From Auanema rhodensis (Eukaryota; Animalia; Nematoda), in assembly GCA_964057225.1 (NCBI GenBank), contig OZ059898.1, positions 744,001 through 808,000 on the forward strand: a stretch of DNA of 64,000 bases. Direction: 5' to 3'. Within the stretch, counting starts at the first letter, position 1. Every line of letters starts with the position of its first letter. Positions 13,001 through 27,072 of this stretch are shown piece after piece. The notes under the pieces are model-generated. The model saw only the letters and a program-made list of their open reading frames with translations. It made no database searches and was not told where the DNA came from. A program made the position numbers and the translations under genes.

Positions 13001-14670
13001 TTAAGCTGCGTCGATCTGTGTTATCAGATTTGCGCTAGCTTAAAAATGCACCGAGATATCAACTGATATAAGTTCACACTTATATCCTCGATTTTCACCC
13101 TGAAGAATTAATTTTTTCGTTGAATAACATTGTCCATCGTCTTTGCCTTGAAAAAAGGAATCTAAAAACATCTACTTTTTGCTAAATTATCTTGAAATTT
13201 TTCGAAAAAATTTTTGTCAAAATGTTTTTGGAAGCAATGTTGAGTGTACATGGAAACTCAACATACACTAATGCATCATTTTTCAAACGATCATAACTAA
13301 TTTTTGTATTAAGCGTTTCTCAATGTCGTATAGTGCATTCGATGCGGATTTTTAAGCTGCGTCGATCTGTGTTTTCAGATTTGCGCTAGCTTAAAAATGC
13401 ATCGAGATATCAACTGATATAAGTTCACACTTATATCCTCGATTTTCACCCTGAAGAATTAATTTTTTTGTTGAATAACATTGTCCATCGTCTTTGCCTT
13501 GAAAAAAGAAATCTAAAAACATCTACTTTTTGCTAAATTATTTTGAAATTTTTCGAAAAAATTTTTGTCAAAATGTTTTTGGAAGCAATGTTGAGTGTAC
13601 ATGGAAACTCAACATACACTAATGCATCATTTTTCAAACGATCATAACTAATTTTTGTATTAAGCGTTTCTCAATGTCGTATAGTGCATTCGATGCGGAT
13701 TTTTAAGCTGCGTCGATCTGTGTTATCAGATTTGCGCTAGCTTAAAAATGCACCGAGATATCAACTGATATAAGTTCACACTTATATCCTCGATTTTCAC
13801 CCTGAAGAATTAATTTTTTCGTTGAATAACATTGTCCATCGTCTTTGCCTTGAAAAAAGGAATCTAAAAACATCTACTTTTTGCTAAATTATCTTGAAAT
13901 TTTTCGAAAAAATTTTTGTCAAAATGTTTTTGGAAGCAATGTTGAGTGTACATGGAAACTCAACATACACTAATGCATCATTTTTCAAACGATCATAACT
14001 AATTTTTGTATTAAGCGTTTCTCAATGTCGTATAGTGCATTCGATGCGGATTTTTAAGCTGCGTCGATCTGTGTTTTCAGATTTGCGCTAGCTTAAAAAT
14101 GCACCGAGATATCAACTGATATAAGTTCACACTTATATCCTCGATTTTCACCCTGAAGAATTAATTTTTTTGTTGAATAACATTGTCCATCGTCTTTGCC
14201 TTGAAAAAAGAAATCTAAAAACATCTACTTTTTGCTAAATTATTTTGAAATTTTTCGAAAAAATTTTTGTCAAAATGTTTTTGGAAGCAATGTTGAGTGT
14301 ACATGGAAACTCAACATACACTAATGCATCATTTTTCAAACGATCATAACTAATTTTTGTATTAAGCGTTTCTCAATGTCGTATAGTGCATTCGATGCGG
14401 ATTTTTAAGCTGCGTCGATCTGTGTTATCAGATTTGCGCTAGCTTAAAAATGCACCGAGATATCAACTGATATAAGTTCACACTTATATCCTCGATTTTC
14501 ACCCTGAAGAATTAATTTTTTCGTTGAATAACATTGTCCATCGTCTTTGCCTTGAAAAAAGGAATCTAAAAACATCTACTTTTTGCTAAATTATCTTGAA
14601 ATTTTTCGAAAAAATTTTTGTCAAAATGTTTTTGGAAGCAATGTTGAGTGTACATGGAAACTCAACATAC
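10027..14670. repeat. Partial higher-order duplication, spacing 9 monomers (3159 bp); boundaries approximate
   Basis: GCATCGAG linked to TGTTTTCAG and AAAAGAAATC at 10243/13402 (9x351 apart). Confidence 0.7.
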
Positions 14671-17600
14671 AATAATGCATCATTTTTCAAACGATCATAA
14701 CTAATTTTTGTATTAAGCGTTTCTCAATGTAGTATAGTGCATTCGATGCGGATTTTTAAGCTGCGTCGATCTGTGTTATTAGATTTGCGCTAGCTTAAAA
14801 ATGCACCGAGATATCAACTGATATAAGTTCACACTTATATCCTCGATTTTCACCCTGAAGAATTAATTTTTTTGTTGAATAACATTGTCCATCGTCTTTG
14901 CCTTGAAAAAAGGAATCTAAAAACATCTACTTTTTGCTAAATTATTTTGAAATTTTTCGAAAAAATTTTTGTCAAAATGTTTTTGGAAGCAATGTTGAGT
15001 GTACATGGAAACTCAACATACACTAATGCATCATTTTTCAAACGATCATAACTAATTTTTGTATTAAGCGTTTCTCAATGTAGTATAGTGCATTCGATGC
15101 GGATTTTTAAGCTGCGTCGATCTGTGTTATCAGATTTGCGCTAGCTTAAAAATGCACCGAGATATCAACTGATATAAGTTCACACTTATATCCTCGATTT
15201 TCACCCTGAAGAATTAATTTTTTCGTTGAATAACATTGTCCATCGTCTTTGCCTTGAAAAAAGGAATCTAAAAACATCTACTTTTTGCTAAATTATCTTG
15301 AAATTTTTCGAAAAAATTTTTGTCAAAATGTTTTTGGAAGCAATGTTGAGTGTACATGGAAACTCAACATACACTAATGCATCATTTTTCAAACGATCAT
15401 AACTAATTTTTGTATTAAGCGTTTCTCAATGTCGTATAGTGCATTCGATGCGGATTTTTAAGCTGCGTCGATCTGTGTTTTCAGATTTGCGCTAGCTTAA
15501 AAATGCACCGAGATATCAACTGATATAAGTTCACACTTATATCCTCGATTTTCACCCTGAAGAATTAATTTTTTTGTTGAATAACATTGTCCATCGTCTT
15601 TGCCTTGAAAAAAGAAATCTAAAAACATCTACTTTTTGCTAAATTATTTTGAAATTTTTCGAAAAAATTTTTGTCAAAATGTTTTTGGAAGCAATGTTGA
15701 GTGTACATGGAAACTCAACATACACTAATGCATCATTTTTCAAACGATCATAACTAATTTTTGTATTAAGCGTTTCTCAATGTCGTATAGTGCATTCGAT
15801 GCGGATTTTTAAGCTGCGTCGATCTGTGTTATCAGATTTGCGCTAGCTTAAAAATGCACCGAGATATCAACTGATATAAGTTCACACTTATATCCTCGAT
15901 TTTCACCCTGAAGAATTAATTTTTTCGTTGAATAACATTGTCCATCGTCTTTGCCTTGAAAAAAGGAATCTAAAAACATCTACTTTTTGCTAAATTATCT
16001 TGAAATTTTTCGAAAAAATTTTTGTCAAAATGTTTTTGGAAGCAATGTTGAGTGTACATGGAAACTCAACATACAATAATGCATCATTTTTCAAACGATC
16101 ATAACTAATTTTTGTATTAAGCGTTTCTCAATGTAGTATAGTGCATTCGATGCGGATTTTTAAGCTGCGTCGATCTGTGTTATTAGATTTGCGCTAGCTT
16201 AAAAATGCACCGAGATATCAACTGATATAAGTTCACACTTATATCCTCGATTTTCACCCTGAAGAATTAATTTTTTTGTTGAATAACATTGTCCATCGTC
16301 TTTGCCTTGAAAAAAGGAATCTAAAAACATCTACTTTTTGCTAAATTATTTTGAAATTTTTCGAAAAAATTTTTGTCAAAATGTTTTTGGAAGCAATGTT
16401 GAGTGTACATGGAAACTCAACATACACTAATGCATCATTTTTCAAACGATCATAACTAATTTTTGTATTAAGCGTTTCTCAATGTAGTATAGTGCATTCG
16501 ATGCGGATTTTTAAGCTGCGTCGATCTGTGTTATCAGATTTGCGCTAGCTTAAAAATGCACCGAGATATCAACTGATATAAGTTCACACTTATATCCTCG
16601 ATTTTCACCCTGAAGAATTAATTTTTTCGTTGAATAACATTGTCCATCGTCTTTGCCTTGAAAAAAGGAATCTAAAAACATCTACTTTTTGCTAAATTAT
16701 CTTGAAATTTTTCGAAAAAATTTTTGTCAAAATGTTTTTGGAAGCAATGTTGAGTGTACATGGAAACTCAACATACACTAATGCATCATTTTTCAAACGA
16801 TCATAACTAATTTTTGTATTAAGCGTTTCTCAATGTAGTATAGTGCATTCGATGCGGATTTTTAAGCTGCGTCGATCTGTGTTATCAGATTTGCGCTAGC
16901 TTAAAAATGCACCGAGATATCGACTGATATAAGTTCACACTTATATCCTCGATTTTCACCCTGAAGAATTAATTTTTTCGTTGAATAACATTGTCCATCG
17001 TCTTTGCCTTGAAAAATGGAATCTAAAAACATCTACTTTTTGCTAAATTATTTTGAAATTTTTTGAAAAAATTTTTGTCAAAATGTTTTTGGAAGCAATG
17101 TTGAGTGTACATGGAAACTCAACATACACTAATGCATCATTTTTCAAACGATCATAACTAATTTTTGTATTAAGCGTTTCTCAATGTAGTATAGTGCATT
17201 CGATGCGGATTTTTAAGCTGCGTCGATCTGTGTTATCAAATTTGCGCTAGCTTAAAAATGCACCGAGATATCAACTGATATAAGTTCACACTTATATCCT
17301 CGATTTTCACCCTGAAGAATTAATTTTTTTGTTGAATAACATTGTCCATCGTCTTTGCCTTGAAAAAAGGAATCTAAAAACATGTACTTTTTGCTAAATT
17401 ATTTTGAAATTTTCCGAAAAAATTTTTGTCAAAATGTTTTTGGAAGCAATGTTGAGTGTACATAGAAACTCAACATACACTAATGCATCATTTTTCAAAC
17501 GATCATAACTAATTTTTGTATTAAGCGTTTCTCAATGTCGTATAGTGCATTCGATGCGGATTTTTAAGCTGCGTCGATCTGTGTTATCAGATTTGCGCTA

Positions 17601-20600
17601 GCTTAAAAATGCACCGAGATATCAACTGATATAAGTTCACACTTATATCCTCGATTTTCACCCTGAAGAATTAATTTTTTCGTTGAATAACATTGTCCAT
17701 CGTCTTTGCCTTGAAAAAAGGAATCTAAAAACATCTACTTTTTGCTAAATTATCTTGAAATTTTTCGAAAAAATTTTTGTCAAAATGTTTTTGGAAGCAA
17801 TGTTGAGTGTACATGGAAACTCAACATACAATAATGCATCATTTTTCAAACGATCATAACTAATTTTTGTATTAAGCGTTTCTCAATGTAGTATAGTGCA
17901 TTCGATGCGGATTTTTAAGCTGCGTCGATCTGTGTTATTAGATTTGCGCTAGCTTAAAAATGCACCGAGATATCAACTGATATAAGTTCACACTTATATC
18001 CTCGATTTTCACCCTGAAGAATTAATTTTTTTGTTGAATAACATTGTCCATCGTCTTTGCCTTGAAAAAAGGAATCTAAAAACATCTACTTTTTGCTAAA
18101 TTATTTTGAAATTTTTCGAAAAAATTTTTGTCAAAATGTTTTTGGAAGCAATGTTGAGTGTACATGGAAACTCAACATACACTAATGCATCATTTTTCAA
18201 ACGATCATAACTAATTTTTGTATTAAGCGTTTCTCAATGTAGTATAGTGCATTCGATGCGGATTTTTAAGCTGCGTCGATCTGTGTTATCAGATTTGCGC
18301 TAGCTTAAAAATGCACCGAGATATCAACTGATATAAGTTCACACTTATATCCTCGATTTTCACCCTGAAGAATTAATTTTTTCGTTGAATAACATTGTCC
18401 ATCGTCTTTGCCTTGAAAAAAGGAATCTAAAAACATCTACTTTTTGCTAAATTATCTTGAAATTTTTCGAAAAAATTTTTGTCAAAATGTTTTTGGAAGC
18501 AATGTTGAGTGTACATGGAAACTCAACATACACTAATGCATCATTTTTCAAACGATCATAACTAATTTTTGTATTAAGCGTTTCTCAATGTAGTATAGTG
18601 CATTCGATGCGGATTTTTAAGCTGCGTCGATCTGTGTTATCAGATTTGCGCTAGCTTAAAAATGCACCGAGATATCGACTGATATAAGTTCACACTTATA
18701 TCCTCGATTTTCACCCTGAAGAATTAATTTTTTCGTTGAATAACATTGTCCATCGTCTTTGCCTTGAAAAATGGAATCTAAAAACATCTACTTTTTGCTA
18801 AATTATTTTGAAATTTTTTGAAAAAATTTTTGTCAAAATGTTTTTGGAAGCAATGTTGAGTGTACATGGAAACTCAACATACACTAATGCATCATTTTTC
18901 AAACGATCATAACTAATTTTTGTATTAAGCGTTTCTCAATGTAGTATAGTGCATTCGATGCGGATTTTTAAGCTGCGTCGATCTGTGTTATCAAATTTGC
19001 GCTAGCTTAAAAATGCACCGAGATATCAACTGATATAAGTTCACACTTATATCCTCGATTTTCACCCTGAAGAATTAATTTTTTTGTTGAATAACATTGT
19101 CCATCGTCTTTGCCTTGAAAAAAGGAATCTAAAAACATGTACTTTTTGCTAAATTATTTTGAAATTTTCCGAAAAAATTTTTGTCAAAATGTTTTTGGAA
19201 GCAATGTTGAGTGTACATAGAAACTCAACATACACTAATGCATCATTTTTCAAACGATCATAACTAATTTTTGTATTAAGCGTTTCTCAATGTCGTATAG
19301 TGCATTCGATGCGGATTTTTAAGCTGCGTCGATCTGTGTTATCAGATTTGCGCTAGCTTAAAAATGCACCGAGATATCAACTGATATAAGTTCACACTTA
19401 TATCCTCGATTTTCACCCTGAAGAATTAATTTTTTCGTTGAATAACATTGTCCATCGTCTTTGCCTTGAAAAAAGGAATCTAAAAACATCTACTTTTTGC
19501 TAAATTATCTTGAAATTTTTCGAAAAAATTTTTGTCAAAATGTTTTTGGAAGCAATGTTGAGTGTACATGGAAACTCAACATACACTAATGCATCATTTT
19601 TCAAACGATCATAACTAATTTTTGTATTAAGCGATTCTCAATGTAGTATAGTGCATTCGATGCGGATTTTTGAGCTGCGTCGTTCTGTGTTATCAGATTT
19701 GCGCTAGCTTAAAAATGCACCGAGATATCAACTGATATAAGTTCACACTTATATCCTCGATTTTCACCCTGAAGAATTAATTTTTTCGTTGAATAACATT
19801 GTCCATCGTCTTTGCCTTGAAAAATGGAATCTAAAAACATCTACTTTTTGCTAAATTATTTCGAAATTTTTCGAAAAAATTTTTGTCAAAATGTTTTTGG
19901 AAGCAATGTTGAGTGTACATGGAAACTCAACATACACTAATGCATCATTTTTCAAACGATCATAACTAATTTTTGTATTAAGCGTTTCTCAATGTAGTAT
20001 AGTGCATTCGATGCGGATTTTTAAGCTGCGTCGATCTGTGTTATCAGATTTGCGCTAGCTTAAAAATGCACCGAGATATCAACTGATATAAGTTCACACT
20101 TATATCCTCGATTTTCACCCTGAAGAATTAATTTTTTCGTTGAATAACATTGTCCATCGTCTTTGCCTTGAAAAAAGGAATCTAAAAACATCTACTTTTT
20201 GCTAAATTATCTTGAAATTTTTCGAAAAAATTTTTGTCAAAATGTTTTTGGAAGCAATGTTGAGTGTACATGGAAACTCAACATACACTAATGCATCATT
20301 TTTCAAACGATCATAACTAATTTTTGTATTAAGCGTTTCTCAATGTAGTATAGTGCATTCGATGCGGATTTTTAAGCTGCGTCGATCTGTGTTATCAGAT
20401 TTGCGCTAGCTTAAAAATGCACCGAGATATCGACTGATATAAGTTCACACTTATATCCTCGATTTTCACCCTGAAGAATTAATTTTTTCGTTGAATAACA
20501 TTGTCCATCGTCTTTGCCTTGAAAAATGGAATCTAAAAACATCTACTTTTTGCTAAATTATTTTGAAATTTTTTGAAAAAATTTTTGTCAAAATGTTTTT

Positions 20601-21700
20601 GGAAGCAATGTTGAGTGTACATGGAAACTCAACATACACTAATGCATCATTTTTCAAACGATCATAACTAATTTTTGTATTAAGCGTTTCTCAATGTAGT
20701 ATAGTGCATTCGATGCGGATTTTTAAGCTGCGTCGATCTGTGTTATCAAATTTGCGCTAGCTTAAAAATGCACCGAGATATCAACTGATATAAGTTCACA
20801 CTTATATCCTCGATTTTCACCCTGAAGAATTAATTTTTTTGTTGAATAACATTGTCCATCGTCTTTGCCTTGAAAAAAGGAATCTAAAAACATGTACTTT
20901 TTGCTAAATTATTTTGAAATTTTCCGAAAAAATTTTTGTCAAAATGTTTTTGGAAGCAATGTTGAGTGTACATAGAAACTCAACATACACTAATGCATCA
21001 TTTTTCAAACGATCATAACTAATTTTTGTATTAAGCGTTTCTCAATATCGTATAGTGCATTCGATGCGGATTTTTAAGCTGCGTCGATCTGTGTTATCAG
21101 ATTTGCGCTAGCTTAAAAATGCACCGAGATATCAACTGATATAAGTTCACACTTATATCCTCGATTTTCACCCTGAAGAATTAATTTTTTCGTTGAATAA
21201 CATTGTCCATCGTCTTTGCCTTGAAAAAAGGAATCTAAAAACATCTACTTTTTGCTAAATTATCTTGAAATTTTTCGAAAAAATTTTTGTCAAAATGTTT
21301 TTGGAAGCAATGTTGAGTGTACATGGAAACTCAACATACACTAATGCATCATTTTTCAAACGATCATAACTAATTTTTGTATTAAGCGATTCTCAATGTA
21401 GTATAGTGCATTCGATGCGGATTTTTGAGCTGCGTCGTTCTGTGTTATCAGATTTGCGCTAGCTTAAAAATGCACCGAGATATCAACTGATATAAGTTCA
21501 CACTTATATCCTCGATTTTCACCCTGAAGAATTAATTTTTTCGTTGAATAACATTGTCCATCGTCTTTGCCTTGAAAAATGGAATCTAAAAACATCTACT
21601 TTTTGCTAAATTATTTCGAAATTTTTCGAAAAAATTTTTGTCAAAATGTTTTTGGAAGCAATGTTGAGTGTACATGGAAACTCAACATACACTAATGCAT
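13900..21700. repeat. Overlapping 4-mer (1404 bp) then 5-mer (1755 bp) higher-order repeats; boundaries approximate
   Basis: ACAATAATGC at 14672/16076/17831. ATATCGACTG at 16922/18677/20432. GCGATTCTC at 19634/21389. Confidence 0.85.
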
Positions 21701-23012
21701 CATTTTTCAAACGATCATAACTAATTTTTGTATTAAGCGTTTCTCAATGTAGTATAGTGCATTCGATGCGGATTTTTAAGCTGCGTCGATCTGTGTTATC
21801 AGATTTGCGCTAGCTTAAAAATGCACCGAGATATCAACTGATATAAGTTCACACTTATATCCTCGATTTTCACCCTGAAGAATTAATTTTTTTGTTGAAT
21901 AACATTGTCCATCGTCTTTGCCTTGAAAAAAGGAATCTAAAAACATGTACTTTTTGCTAAATTATTTTGAAATTTTCCGAAAAAATTTTTGTCAAAATGT
22001 TTTTGGAAGCAATGTTGAGTGTAGATAGAAACTCAACATACACTAATGCATCATTTTTCAAACGAATATAACTAATTTTTGTATTAAGCGTTTCTCAATG
22101 TCGTATAGTGCATTCGATGCGGATTTTTAAGCTGCGTCGATCTGTGTTATCAGATTTGCGCTAGCTTAAAAATGCACCGAGATATCAACTGATATAAGTT
22201 CACACTTATATCCTCGATTTTCACCCTGAAGAATTAATTTTTTTGTTGAATAACATTGTCCATCGTCTTTGCCTTTAAAAAAGGAATCTAAAAACATCTA
22301 CTTTTTGCTAAATTATCTTGAAATTTTTCGAAAAAATTTTTGTCAAAATGTTTTTGGAAGCAATGTTGAGTGTACATAGAAACTCAACATACACTAATGC
22401 ATCATTTTTCAAACGATCATAACTAATTTTTGTATTAAGCGTTTCTCAATGTCGTATAGTGCATTCGATGCGGATTTTTAAGCTGCGTCGATCTGTGTTA
22501 TCAGATTTGCGCTAGCTTAAAAATGCACCGAGATATCAACTGATATAAGTTCACACTTATATCCTCGATTTTCACCCTGAAGAATTAATTTTTTCGTTGA
22601 ATAACATTGTCCATCGTCTTTGCCTTGAAAAAAGGAATCTAAAAACATCTACTTTTTGCTAAATTATTTTGAAATTTTTCGAAAAAATTTTTGTCAAAAT
22701 GTTTTTGGAAGCAATGTTGAGTGTACATGGAAACTCAACATACACTAATGCATCATTTTTCAAACGATCATAACTAATTTTTGTATTAAGCGTTTCTCAA
22801 TGTAGTATAGTGCATTCGATTCGGATTTTTAAGCTGCGTCGATCTGTGTTATCAGATTTGCGCTAGCTTAAAAATGCACCGAGATATCAACTGATATAAG
22901 TTCACACTTATATCCTCGATTTTCACCCTGAAGAATTAATTTTTTCGTTGAATAACATTGTCCATCGTCTTTGCCTTGAAAAAAGGAATCTAAAAACATG
23001 TACTTTTTGCTA

Positions 23013-23287
23013 AATTATTTTGAAATTTTCCGAAAAAATTTTTGTCAAAATGTTTTTGGAAGCAATGTTGAGTGTACATAGAAACTCAACATACACTAAT
23101 GCATCATTTTTCAAACGATCATAACTAATTTTTGTATTAAGCGTTTCTCAATGTCGTATAGTGCATTCGATGCGGATTTTTAAGCTATCCTCGATTTTCA
23201 CCCTGAAGAATTAATTTTTTTGTTGAATAACATTGTCCATCGTCTTTGCCTTGAAAAAAGGAATCTAAAAACATGTACTTTTTGCTA
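23013..23287. repeat. 275-bp deleted monomer
   Basis: Same junction at 23186/23187. Confidence 0.95.
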
Positions 23288-26200
23288 AATTATTTTGAAA
23301 TTTTCCGAAAAAATTTTTGTCAAAATGTTTTTGGAAGCAATGTTGAGTGTACATAGAAACTCAACATACACTAATGCATCATTTTTCAAACGATCATAAC
23401 TAATTTTTGTATTAAGCGTTTCTCAATGTAGTATAGTGCATTCGATGCGGATTTTTAAGCTGCGTCGATCTGTGTTATCAGATTTGCGCTAGCTTAAAAA
23501 TGCACCGAGATATCAACTGATATAAGTTCACACTTATATCCTCGATTTTCACCCTGAAGAATTAATTTTTTTGTTGAATAACATTGTCCATCGTCTTTGC
23601 CTTGAAAAAAGGAATCTAAAAACATGTACTTTTTGCTAAATTATTTTGAAATTTTCCGAAAAAATTTTTGTCAAAATGTTTTTGGAAGCAATGTTGAGTG
23701 TAGATAGAAACTCAACATACACTAATGCATCATTTTTCAAACGAATATAACTAATTTTTGTATTAAGCGTTTCTCAATGTCGTATAGTGCATTCGATGCG
23801 GATTTTTAAGCTGCGTCGATCTGTGTTATCAGATTTGCGCTAGCTTAAAAATGCACCGAGATATCAACTGATATAAGTTCACACTTATATCCTCGATTTT
23901 CACCCTGAAGAATTAATTTTTTTGTTGAATAACATTGTCCATCGTCTTTGCCTTGAAAAAAGGAATCTAAAAACATGTACTTTTTGCTAAATTATTTTGA
24001 AATTTTCCGAAAAAATTTTTGTCAAAATGTTTTTGGAAGCAATGTTGAGTGTAGATAGAAACTCAACATACACTAATGCATCATTTTTCAAACGAATATA
24101 ACTAATTTTTGTATTAAGCGTTTCTCAATGTCGTATAGTGCATTCGATGCGGATTTTTAAGCTGCGTCGATCTGTGTTATCAGATTTGCGCTAGCTTAAA
24201 AATGCACCGAGATATCAACTGATATAAGTTCACACTTATATCCTCGATTTTCACCCTGAAGAATTAATTTTTTTGTTGAATAACATTGTCCATCGTCTTT
24301 GCCTTTAAAAAAGGAATCTAAAAACATCTACTTTTTGCTAAATTATCTTGAAATTTTTCGAAAAAATTTTTGTCAAAATGTTTTTGGAAGCAATGTTGAG
24401 TGTACATAGAAACTCAACATACACTAATGCATCATTTTTCAAACGATCATAACTAATTTTTGTATTAAGCGTTTCTCAATGTCGTATAGTGCATTCGATG
24501 CGGATTTTTAAGCTGCGTCGATCTGTGTTATCAGATTTGCGCTAGCTTAAAAATGCACCGAGATATCAACTGATATAAGTTCACACTTATATCCTCGATT
24601 TTCACCCTGAAGAATTAATTTTTTCGTTGAATAACATTGTCCATCGTCTTTGCCTTGAAAAAAGGAATCTAAAAACATCTACTTTTTGCTAAATTATTTT
24701 GAAATTTTTCGAAAAAATTTTTGTCAAAATGTTTTTGGAAGCAATGTTGAGTGTACATGGAAACTCAACATACACTAATGCATCATTTTTCAAACGATCA
24801 TAACTAATTTTTGTATTAAGCGTTTCTCAATGTAGTATAGTGCATTCGATTCGGATTTTTAAGCTGCGTCGATCTGTGTTATCAGATTTGCGCTAGCTTA
24901 AAAATGCACCGAGATATCAACTGATATAAGTTCACACTTATATCCTCGATTTTCACCCTGAAGAATTAATTTTTTCGTTGAATAACATTGTCCATCGTCT
25001 TTGCCTTGAAAAAAGGAATCTAAAAACATGTACTTTTTGCTAAATTATTTTGAAATTTTCCGAAAAAATTTTTGTCAAAATGTTTTTGGAAGCAATGTTG
25101 AGTGTACATAGAAACTCAACATACACTAATGCATCATTTTTCAAACGATCATAACTAATTTTTGTATTAAGCGTTTCTCAATGTAGTATAGTGCATTCGA
25201 TGCGGATTTTTAAGCTGCGTCGATCTGTGTTATCAGATTTGCGCTAGCTTAAAAATGCACCGAGATATCAACTGATATAAGTTCACACTTATATCCTCGA
25301 TTTTCACCCTGAAGAATTAATTTTTTCGTTGAATAACATTGTCCATCGTCTTTGCCTTGAAAAATGGAATCTAAAAACATCTACTTTTTGCTAAATTATT
25401 TCGAAATTTTTCGAAAAAATTTTTGTCAAAATGTTTTTGGAAGCAATGTTGAGTGTACATGGAAACTCAACATACACTAATGCATCATTTTTCAAACGAT
25501 CATAACTAATTTTTGTATTAAGCGTTTCTCAATGTAGTATAGTGCATTCGATGCGGATTTTTAAGCTGCGTCGATCTGTGTTATCAGATTTGCGCTAGCT
25601 TAAAAATGCACCGAGATATCAACTGATATAAGTTCACACTTATATCCTCGATTTTCACCCTGAAGAATTAATTTTTTTGTTGAATAACATTGTCCATCGT
25701 CTTTGCCTTGAAAAAAGGAATCTAAAAACATGTACTTTTTGCTAAATTATTTTGAAATTTTCCGAAAAAATTTTTGTCAAAATGTTTTTGGAAGCAATGT
25801 TGAGTGTAGATAGAAACTCAACATACACTAATGCATCATTTTTCAAACGAATATAACTAATTTTTGTATTAAGCGTTTCTCAATGTCGTATAGTGCATTC
25901 GATGCGGATTTTTAAGCTGCGTCGATCTGTGTTATCAGATTTGCGCTAGCTTAAAAATGCACCGAGATATCAACTGATATAAGTTCACACTTATATCCTC
26001 GATTTTCACCCTGAAGAATTAATTTTTTTGTTGAATAACATTGTCCATCGTCTTTGCCTTTAAAAAAGGAATCTAAAAACATCTACTTTTTGCTAAATTA
26101 TCTTGAAATTTTTCGAAAAAATTTTTGTCAAAATGTTTTTGGAAGCAATGTTGAGTGTACATAGAAACTCAACATACACTAATGCATCATTTTTCAAACG

Positions 26201-26797
26201 ATCATAACTAATTTTTGTATTAAGCGTTTCTCAATGTCGTATAGTGCATTCGATGCGGATTTTTAAGCTGCGTCGATCTGTGTTATCAGATTTGCGCTAG
26301 CTTAAAAATGCACCGAGATATCAACTGATATAAGTTCACACTTATATCCTCGATTTTCACCCTGAAGAATTAATTTTTTCGTTGAATAACATTGTCCATC
26401 GTCTTTGCCTTGAAAAAAGGAATCTAAAAACATCTACTTTTTGCTAAATTATTTTGAAATTTTTCGAAAAAATTTTTGTCAAAATGTTTTTGGAAGCAAT
26501 GTTGAGTGTACATGGAAACTCAACATACACTAATGCATCATTTTTCAAACGATCATAACTAATTTTTGTATTAAGCGTTTCTCAATGTAGTATAGTGCAT
26601 TCGATTCGGATTTTTAAGCTGCGTCGATCTGTGTTATCAGATTTGCGCTAGCTTAAAAATGCACCGAGATATCAACTGATATAAGTTCACACTTATATCC
26701 TCGATTTTCACCCTGAAGAATTAATTTTTTCGTTGAATAACATTGTCCATCGTCTTTGCCTTGAAAAAAGGAATCTAAAAACATGTACTTTTTGCTA

Positions 26798-27072
26798 AAT
26801 TATTTTGAAATTTTCCGAAAAAATTTTTGTCAAAATGTTTTTGGAAGCAATGTTGAGTGTACATAGAAACTCAACATACACTAATGCATCATTTTTCAAA
26901 CGATCATAACTAATTTTTGTATTAAGCGTTTCTCAATGTCGTATAGTGCATTCGATGCGGATTTTTAAGCTATCCTCGATTTTCACCCTGAAGAATTAAT
27001 TTTTTTGTTGAATAACATTGTCCATCGTCTTTGCCTTGAAAAAAGGAATCTAAAAACATGTACTTTTTGCTA
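26798..27072. repeat. 275-bp deleted monomer
   Basis: Same junction at 26971/26972. Confidence 0.95.
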
